This document shows positions 55,740 to 64,000 of a stretch of 64,000 bases of DNA, piece by piece. The DNA is from a virus (lineage: Duplodnaviria > Caudoviricetes). The DNA lies in the IMG/VR virus record IMGVR_UViG_3300031414_000005; one strand, 5' to 3'. A program made the position numbers and the translations under genes. Numbering within the stretch: the first letter of the stretch is position 1; each line of letters begins with the position of its first letter. The notes beneath the pieces were generated by a model. That model was not told the DNA's origin. It was given only the letters and a program-made list of their open reading frames with translations, and searched no databases.

Positions 55740-56061
55740 CCTGTTCATCCCCCACGAAGGTCGTCAGATCCAGGGGGTGTTGGTAACCTGGTTCAGTGTG
55801 TTGTTTACCCGTGATGTTTTAATGGCATTACGGGGTGATTGTCGCTACCCGAATAATAACACCCGTTTTCACTCGGTTGGGTTTGCGTATGGGTGTAGCT
55901 TAAGTGACTGCGCCAAACACATCCCGGATTGTGAGGTCCATCTTAACCCCACGACCCATCAGGTCCATGTGACACACCAGGGGCACTTATTGGTGTCAGT
56001 GTCGCAAGACCTGGTACTGAATTTCATTGCAGCGATGTTGTCGCTCGACAGCATGACTTAA
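55714..56061 (+). CDS. Hypothetical protein
   Basis: Likely start MNPRA at 55714 after GGAGG. Confidence 0.55.
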   Translation: MNPRAPTHNLFIPHEGRQIQGVLVTWFSVLFTRDVLMALRGDCRYPNNNTRFHSVGFAYGCSLSDCAKHIPDCEVHLNPTTHQVHVTHQGHLLVSVSQDLVLNFIAAMLSLDSMT

Positions 56062-56073
56062 AAGGATAGCAAG

Positions 56074-56361
56074 ATGGCCAAATTTGTGTGTCAGGTTAAA
56101 GCCCTGATCATGCAGGGGCGGTGGCATTTAGATTTCAGCGAACTGGGTGACGCCAAGATCTATATCGGACCGACCCCTAACCCCTATGGCGATTACCGTG
56201 CCGTAGAGGTGTTTGCTTTGATTAACGGTGCCCGGCTTGAGCTGGGTGTTTACATTGAATACGACAAACAGTGGACGGCGCTTGGGAGCGGTGAGATACC
56301 GTCTCAGATTTCACCGTCTACCCGTGAAGAAGTCTTGAAACGATTAGGGAGTTGGGCATGA
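56074..56361 (+). CDS. Hypothetical protein
   Basis: 95 aa; AAGGA RBS. Confidence 0.55.
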   Translation: MAKFVCQVKALIMQGRWHLDFSELGDAKIYIGPTPNPYGDYRAVEVFALINGARLELGVYIEYDKQWTALGSGEIPSQISPSTREEVLKRLGSWA

Positions 56362-56729
56362 TCAATATGCAGACCACTGGCGATAAAAAGCAGGTGGGTA
56401 AAGGAACCTATCAGAACAACGATGGGTTGATTGACATCACGTTTGCCGATGACGGCGATGAAACCATCTTTGCACAACCGCTGGAAGCCGGCGGGCGTGA
56501 CATGTGGTGGTTGTGGTCCGAGTACGAAGTGGATGTGGAAGGCCCGGAAGACGAAGACGGCAAACCGACCACGGTAAAAGAAACCCGTACCCGTGAACTG
56601 GGTGCCTTTACCCGCTGGAACAATGGCGAAGACTTCCGTCCGTACACCATTCCCTACAGCAGTGGCACCGGCGTGAACCAACGCACCAACGCCCGTATCG
56701 TCGACGCGTTACCTGGCTGGATTAAGTAA
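56358..56729 (+). CDS. Hypothetical acidic protein
   Basis: ATGA coupling at 56358; terminator follows. Confidence 0.55.
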   Translation: MINMQTTGDKKQVGKGTYQNNDGLIDITFADDGDETIFAQPLEAGGRDMWWLWSEYEVDVEGPEDEDGKPTTVKETRTRELGAFTRWNNGEDFRPYTIPYSSGTGVNQRTNARIVDALPGWIK

Positions 56730-56738
56730 CCAAAACAA

Positions 56739-56764
56739 AGGGATGGGTAAAACCGTCCCTTTTT
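56739..56764 (+). terminator. Intrinsic terminator
   Basis: agggatgg gtaaaa ccgtccct TTTT. Confidence 0.7.
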
Positions 56765-56822
56765 ACATGCTTCCCTGTTCTATGAACCGAGCTGTTATCT
56801 TTTTCAATTAACGAGGTGTCTC

Positions 56823-57077
56823 ATGAGTAACGCTGTTCGTATTACCGTAGAAGGCCAAGACCCGGCCGCCGTTCGCACGGTTGTCAATGCGTTGTCAATC
56901 CTGTTGAGTGACAGTAACAGTGTCACCACGATCGAAAATCAGGACGGTGACGAGTTCGATACGGTCGAATACGCCAAACTGACCGAAGAGGCCGTGATGG
57001 AAGCCGGTGGTGACGAAGGTCTTCAACTCGAAGACCTGTCAATTACCCTGGTTGAGCATATCACCTTCGAGGGCTAA
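56823..57077 (+). CDS. Hypothetical very acidic small protein
   Basis: 84 aa; GAGG RBS; many Asp/Glu, few Lys/Arg. Confidence 0.6.
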   Translation: MSNAVRITVEGQDPAAVRTVVNALSILLSDSNSVTTIENQDGDEFDTVEYAKLTEEAVMEAGGDEGLQLEDLSITLVEHITFEG

Positions 57078-57080
57078 GGA

Positions 57081-57509
57081 ATGACGTTGTCCATGAATGG
57101 GACAATCGAACGTCGTATGCCGAACGGTGACTGGGTGGCTCTTGCGCTACCCAGCGCCTTTTTTGACGAACTCGATGCCAGCAAAATTGCAGGGTGGTTA
57201 ACCGGCAACTATAACCACCATGACATCCCGTCTATTTACCCGGATGCCACACAGGACGTGATCGGGGACGTATACACCACGTACTTGATCCCCCTCGGGC
57301 AGTTGGCCCGTTTCAATTACACACAGCCTGTCGAAGACCGACTTGATTACACCGGCAAACGCACCGAACCATTACCGGTGGGACGCGGGCGCAAGACCAC
57401 ATACGAGGCTTTGTTTGGTGAGGCCTGGATGCGGCGAGTCGCCTACTTCCGTCAATGCAACCCTAATTATCGACTACGGTGTTGGTTCTACACCCCTGTC
57501 CAGGAGTGA
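57081..57509 (+). CDS. Hypothetical protein
   Basis: 142 aa, tightly packed. Confidence 0.55.
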   Translation: MTLSMNGTIERRMPNGDWVALALPSAFFDELDASKIAGWLTGNYNHHDIPSIYPDATQDVIGDVYTTYLIPLGQLARFNYTQPVEDRLDYTGKRTEPLPVGRGRKTTYEALFGEAWMRRVAYFRQCNPNYRLRCWFYTPVQE

Positions 57510-57511
57510 GC

Positions 57512-58042
57512 ATGTTTTCCATTAACCCCAACTGCGAAGAAATTGTTTTCAACAAAGATTTCCACTTTAGTTTGTCCCATCTTGATATTCACCTGGTCCG
57601 CACCTGGATGCTCGGCAATATTCTGCAAGGCGGGAAAGCGGTGGCCGTGTTTAACCGTCACGACCCGTTTACGGAAACCCGGGTCAGCTTTGTGTACAAA
57701 CCGGTAGAAGGTGTGCCGGAAGACGAGTTGATTGCTAAAGGGATCTTTGAAATCGTGATCGGTGAGCGGGCAGTAAAACTGGAGGTACCTTTCCATGTCA
57801 GCGGGTTTATTGACTCGCTGGGTCAGGCCATTGCCAGTGAGCGTTACCCGTTCCATCCCTACAGTGAGTTCCGTCAAGCCCGACAACGCAATGACGTGTA
57901 CTTCCTGGCGTTAGGGCATACCTTTATTGCTGGCCATGATATCTTTTGTTTTGGTGAACCGCAGGGCTGGAATGAAATCCACCTCAACGGTCAAACCCCC
58001 GAAGACACGTGGGTGCAACGTGTTGATATCACGATCGAATGA
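57512..58042 (+). CDS. Hypothetical protein
   Basis: Likely start MFSIN at 57512 after AGGAG. Confidence 0.55.
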   Translation: MFSINPNCEEIVFNKDFHFSLSHLDIHLVRTWMLGNILQGGKAVAVFNRHDPFTETRVSFVYKPVEGVPEDELIAKGIFEIVIGERAVKLEVPFHVSGFIDSLGQAIASERYPFHPYSEFRQARQRNDVYFLALGHTFIAGHDIFCFGEPQGWNEIHLNGQTPEDTWVQRVDITIE

Positions 58043-58101
58043 TTTACCCCCGGGTTGGTCTATACCAACCCTTCCTTTACCTTGCTACAAGGATTCTTAC
58101 A

Positions 58102-58812
58102 ATGTTTAATATCGAAACAAAACTCGAATGGTGCCTGATCACGGACAAACACATCCATCAGCCGCAGTGGGCTAAACACCAGAAGATCAGCGTTAAGCTG
58201 GAACGGGCGGATGTTTATGCCATGCAACGGGCTTTTGTGCTGTACACCCAGTGTCAGGAAGATGTGGTGGTCGGTGGGCAATACAGCGTGACGGCGTCGC
58301 CGATGCATTCGAACGGTCAAAACGCGACCGGGTATTCCCCCGAAACCTCGGCACCCAAACTGGTTTACAGCGGCGTGCGTATGTTCTTCCAGCATTCAAC
58401 CCGAACGTTTATTATGCAGGTTTGGGAAGACGGTGAATGGGGTGTGGTGGTCGCTGAATTTGCTATTAGTCAGGTTCAGTTTGAAATCGTTCAAGCCAAC
58501 CGTTATCTGTTGGGGCATTCAGCGTTACCTGATGATGCGTTTCGTGAGAGCGAATGTCCTAACCTGACCAACCCAATGAACTGTCGGGTCGTCATCAGTC
58601 AACTCTCTTTCTTGGACTCTATTCCGCTTATAACGAAAGCGGGTGACACGACCATGGTGATGCGCACACACCAAAGGTCGTTGGGTGCAACTCAGTTACC
58701 CCACTTACACATGTATGTGCGTCACGAATTTGAAGACAGCGCGATCTGGTGGCCAACCCCCGATTTAAGCGGTGGTGAGATGCGCAAGTATAACGATGTT
58801 TCCGTCTTTTAA
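58102..58812 (+). CDS. Hypothetical protein
   Basis: Likely start MFNIE at 58102 after AAGGA. Confidence 0.55.
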   Translation: MFNIETKLEWCLITDKHIHQPQWAKHQKISVKLERADVYAMQRAFVLYTQCQEDVVVGGQYSVTASPMHSNGQNATGYSPETSAPKLVYSGVRMFFQHSTRTFIMQVWEDGEWGVVVAEFAISQVQFEIVQANRYLLGHSALPDDAFRESECPNLTNPMNCRVVISQLSFLDSIPLITKAGDTTMVMRTHQRSLGATQLPHLHMYVRHEFEDSAIWWPTPDLSGGEMRKYNDVSVF

Positions 58813-58820
58813 TGTAATGG

Positions 58821-59489
58821 ATGTTTCTAATGAAAAAGATTAAATGGTTGTTCTTTGATGTTGACGACACCATGGTCGACACCGAAGGTGAAATCTGTCG
58901 TGTGGTGCTGGAACAGTTTGGCTTCACTTGCCCTCCGGATGTCTACCTGTGTCCCCTGACCACGGGTGGTCACCATGCACAAGTGCTGCGCGAAGCCCGG
59001 TTTATGGTGAACCCACCGTTACTGCCAGGCACTGCCGAGTTGTTCAAGTTGCTGCCGGCATTGCGTGCGAACGGGTTTAAGATCGGTATCATCACCCACC
59101 GCGGGTATCACGAAGAAGGGGAAACCCACACCAACAACATGCTGGATCAGTATGGGGTGCGGGATCAGTTCGATGATGTGATTGTGATTGACTTCAACAA
59201 ACACCCAGACAAAGTGGCCTTCCTGGAAAGCTATCTGGATGAAGGTGAGACTTTCACCCTGTTTGATGACCGTCCGCGGTTTGACCGCAATCACCCGTTG
59301 CCGGACAACGTGGTGGTGTTTGACCGGACCTGGAACCGTCACTTCACAGGTGGTCAACGCTGTTACAACCTGTTCACCTTTGTGGGTGCAATGTTGGAAG
59401 CCCGGTTAGCCCGTCGTGAAAAACTGGCGCAAATCCCACGGCCAAAGTACGGCTACAATAACGCTGGTCTGCGTCCAGACGAGAGCTGA
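58821..59489 (+). CDS. HAD-superfamily phosphatase (5'-nucleotidase-like)
   Basis: FFDVDDTMVD (DxD motif I), IITHRG (motif II), K (motif III), LFDDRP (motif IV). Confidence 0.8.
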   Translation: MFLMKKIKWLFFDVDDTMVDTEGEICRVVLEQFGFTCPPDVYLCPLTTGGHHAQVLREARFMVNPPLLPGTAELFKLLPALRANGFKIGIITHRGYHEEGETHTNNMLDQYGVRDQFDDVIVIDFNKHPDKVAFLESYLDEGETFTLFDDRPRFDRNHPLPDNVVVFDRTWNRHFTGGQRCYNLFTFVGAMLEARLARREKLAQIPRPKYGYNNAGLRPDES

Positions 59490-59544
59490 CAGTGTAACGG
59501 TCCTGCAATTTTACGGGACCGTTATTTTTTATTGTGGGTTAGCT

Positions 59545-60108
59545 ATGGATGAAAACATCTTTTTTACTGCCGATGAACATTACGGGAGTAAGCGAACATT
59601 AGAAGTGACCCGGCGTCCGTTTACGTCGGTGGAAGAGATGGACAATGCAATGGTGGCTCGGGTGAATGATTTGCCGGAAAACGCCATTGTGTACCACGTG
59701 GGTGATTTTGGTCAGTATGAAACAGTGAAGCTGTTCCGGCCTGATATTAAGCATGTGTTGATCTTTGGTAATTACGAAGACTGGCATTTAAAAATTCACA
59801 AATCAGAGCAACATATGGGGATGGAGTTCGTCGATTATTTGTTGGACTTGGGGTTCAGTGCAATCCACTCCCTTGACCATCAAATTGAACTTTACCCTAA
59901 TGTTACGATGAATATGGTGCATAAACCCACAGAGGCTGACTTAAACAAGTTCAACCTCTTTGGTCATATTCATCGTTTGCAAATGGTGAAGCGGTTTGGT
60001 TTGAACGTGGGGGTCGACGTACACAAGTACCGTCCGGTCCCGTTGTCCACGGTACGGCATTATCATCACTTAATCGAATCGTTTTATGACGAAGATGTGT
60101 TCTGCTAA
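59545..60108 (+). CDS. Calcineurin-like metallophosphoesterase
   Basis: TADEHYG, HVGDFG, GNYE (His replaced by Tyr), MVHKP, FGHIH, NVGVD. Confidence 0.85.
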   Translation: MDENIFFTADEHYGSKRTLEVTRRPFTSVEEMDNAMVARVNDLPENAIVYHVGDFGQYETVKLFRPDIKHVLIFGNYEDWHLKIHKSEQHMGMEFVDYLLDLGFSAIHSLDHQIELYPNVTMNMVHKPTEADLNKFNLFGHIHRLQMVKRFGLNVGVDVHKYRPVPLSTVRHYHHLIESFYDEDVFC

Positions 60109-60121
60109 CTGAGGCTTTCCA

Positions 60122-60553
60122 ATGTCTGATATTGAAATTCTTGAGGTGTCTGCCCGCGACGTGGCAGCTTCGATACACGCGGTTCATCCTGGTGTACATT
60201 ACGCTGAGGATACCCATGGGTTCGATATCGACGATGAGGAGCTACGGTACTTCGTCTTTGATGATCCCGAAGTGTCTACAGTAGACTTTGTGGTGGCCGT
60301 CAGAATTGAAAGCGCCTTTGACGACTATGTCCGGGGTGTGAAATGGTGGGTGCTCCAGGGTGACCGATGGAATTACGGCGGGCTTCCTTCCGAGGTCCTG
60401 ATCTATGCCTTCGGCGAATGGGGTGCAAACCCAGGTCTGTCAGCCACCGGGTTGGCAGGTATCGATTCTGAAAGCTTTGCGGCGGATCTGAATATGCTCT
60501 TCGAACGGCTGGCTATTGTGTTCAAAGAGATAAACTGCACAGGAGTTGTTTAA
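60122..60553 (+). CDS. Hypothetical acidic protein
   Basis: 143 aa; GAGG RBS. Confidence 0.55.
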   Translation: MSDIEILEVSARDVAASIHAVHPGVHYAEDTHGFDIDDEELRYFVFDDPEVSTVDFVVAVRIESAFDDYVRGVKWWVLQGDRWNYGGLPSEVLIYAFGEWGANPGLSATGLAGIDSESFAADLNMLFERLAIVFKEINCTGVV

Positions 60554-61551
60554 TGGCTAACGAAAAAGAACTGGTGTTGCGTGGCAAACTGGCCCGACCG
60601 TTTACCGGGTTAGAGGGGACTGACTTCATTCAATTCGAACGTCATCTCCAGTTGCCAGAAGGTATGATCACCAACCGTTGTCGGGTCGAGTCTTACCGCA
60701 ACGAGCGGATCTACACCACTGCAACCAAGTACACCTTCAGCAAAGAAGGGAACACCAAGACGGCGTACGAGGTCCAGCAGTCGATTGACCCGGAAACGTT
60801 TGAAGTGATTGCTAACCTCTGTAATGAGCAAATCATCAAAACGCGTTACGAGCTACGCCGTCCGGAGTTCGTGCTGGAACTGGACATCTTCCGTGACATG
60901 GTGAACGGTGGTCTGTCTGACGGCTTTAAGATCGATATTGAAGGGGACTATGAACCCACTCAAGAAGAGATCGAAGCGCTGTTGGCGGAGTACAACGTGG
61001 AAGTCGAAGAGTGGTTAGACCCGGCGGCCTGGGGCGAGCGCTATAATGCAATCACCCGTATCTACAAAGACAAGCCACCGGTTGCGGCGGGGACAGAGGA
61101 TAACTCCGACACCACCGGCAACCACGACTTACCACCGGATGCGACCCCGCCGACCGACCAACCCGGTCTGGAGGGTCAGGACTCAGCGGTGCTGGATGAA
61201 GGGCTGGAGGCATTGGAAGCACTTGATCTGATCGCCCCGCTCCACAGCCAACATCTTGGTGATCCCGATCAGTCTGAACCGGCGGTAGGCGTTGAAGGTG
61301 TGGAAGACAACGGCGAGGCAACCCCTGGCCTGGAGTCTATCGAGCCAACGGATGAAGACGTCCGCACCCCAGCGGGCCGTATCCTGCGCGGTAATGAAGT
61401 CTATTCTGCGGAAGGGCTGCACATCGGGCATGTGGAGTCACCAGCGGAAGTCGAAGGTGAAGCAGTGGCCTCACTGGAAGCCTTAGCCGATGAACTCCCG
61501 GTGCCTGCGTCAACCCCTGCTGCTGAAGACGAGCACGACAACAAGGAGTAA
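60553..61551 (+). CDS. CYTH/triphosphate-tunnel-like domain fused to an acidic low-complexity tail
   Basis: N-terminal EKE motif, RCR, KYT, IKTRYE, LELDIF, IDIE pattern; C-terminal ~160 aa rich in D/E/P/A/G. Confidence 0.6.
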   Translation: MANEKELVLRGKLARPFTGLEGTDFIQFERHLQLPEGMITNRCRVESYRNERIYTTATKYTFSKEGNTKTAYEVQQSIDPETFEVIANLCNEQIIKTRYELRRPEFVLELDIFRDMVNGGLSDGFKIDIEGDYEPTQEEIEALLAEYNVEVEEWLDPAAWGERYNAITRIYKDKPPVAAGTEDNSDTTGNHDLPPDATPPTDQPGLEGQDSAVLDEGLEALEALDLIAPLHSQHLGDPDQSEPAVGVEGVEDNGEATPGLESIEPTDEDVRTPAGRILRGNEVYSAEGLHIGHVESPAEVEGEAVASLEALADELPVPASTPAAEDEHDNKE

Positions 61552-61553
61552 CG

Positions 61554-61826
61554 ATGCTGTTACAACCGACCGAATGCATTGACCGGTTGCAGCTGTTTGC
61601 TACCCGTTCACAGCTGTATTGTGAACGGGAGTCTGCGACAGCGATCTTAGCGTATTCCCCAGACCGCCAGGCGTGGTTTGTGGTGCGTTACAGTCGCGGG
61701 CATCTTGCAACGGCGTTGTACCGCGGAATGGCACTGTTTACGGACAACCGTTATAACTATGCCCTGCTCACGGAAGAGCAGCTTGTCAAGATCTGTGAAC
61801 AGATCAGCAACATGAAAAACCTATAA
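61554..61826 (+). CDS. Hypothetical protein
   Basis: 90 aa; AAGGAG RBS; terminator follows. Confidence 0.55.
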   Translation: MLLQPTECIDRLQLFATRSQLYCERESATAILAYSPDRQAWFVVRYSRGHLATALYRGMALFTDNRYNYALLTEEQLVKICEQISNMKNL

Positions 61827-61850
61827 GGCTCCCGCAAGGGGGTCTTTTTT
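61826..61850 (+). terminator. Intrinsic terminator
   Basis: aggctccc GCAA gggggtct TTTTT. Confidence 0.7.
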
Positions 61851-61917
61851 CAGGCAGCTTATTTTTTGTCTGACGAATCGTCGTATCTTCCGACAGCGAT
61901 TCACCAAGGAAAAATAA

Positions 61918-63924
<2,007 letters not shown>

Positions 63925-63930
63925 ACCTAG

Positions 63931-63961
63931 AAAAGGGAGAGGCGCAAGCCTCTCCCCCTTT
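63931..63961. terminator. Terminator after ligA, possibly bidirectional
   Basis: aaaa gggagaggc GCAA gcctctccc cc ttt. Confidence 0.7.
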
Positions 63962-64000
63962 AAGTGATTTTTTTTTTATACCACGCCGGTGAGATCAAGA

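Noticed and set aside
832-56782. TATG tetramers upstream of several late genes (for example near 834, 4762, 15426, 29859, 42406) as late promoters
   Set aside because: Consistent with the phiKZ late consensus, but a 4-mer is too common to call without TSS data

Overview
This window is a 64 kb segment of a phiKZ-related jumbo myophage genome (Chimalliviridae-like). An enterobacterial host is likely, based on the AmsF/WceF-like, HslU-like and HigA-like genes; this is inference. The left two thirds hold conserved virion and replication genes: a run of internal head proteins carrying G-[L/M/T]-E maturation motifs, a DnaB-like helicase, the major capsid protein, a non-virion RNA polymerase beta N-terminal subunit, the probable portal, a RuvC resolvase, a spanin pair, three paralogous tail-fibre-type genes, the baseplate spike and an SbcC ATPase. 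Early-promoter-driven accessory operons are interspersed. The right third is accessory: a signal-peptide lytic transglycosylase, HslU without HslV, an AmsF/WceF-like glycanase, an orphan HigA antitoxin, SLOG, receiver-like, HAD, metallophosphoesterase and CYTH proteins, and an NAD-dependent ligase. I saw no tRNA, rRNA, CRISPR array, intron, intein or mobile element. Best leads: (1) an early operon of four small membrane proteins sharing an N-terminal M[AS]Gx[VL][NQ]FDxxN tag (23227-24663); (2) a CYTH enzyme whose acidic tail carries repeated prohead-protease-like motifs; (3) a nucleotide end-processing gene neighbourhood; (4) orphan HigA and HslU; (5) a hidden 54-aa secreted peptide; (6) conserved motifs beside promoters and terminators. 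All family assignments come from motifs read by eye and recall of the families. No database searches were run.
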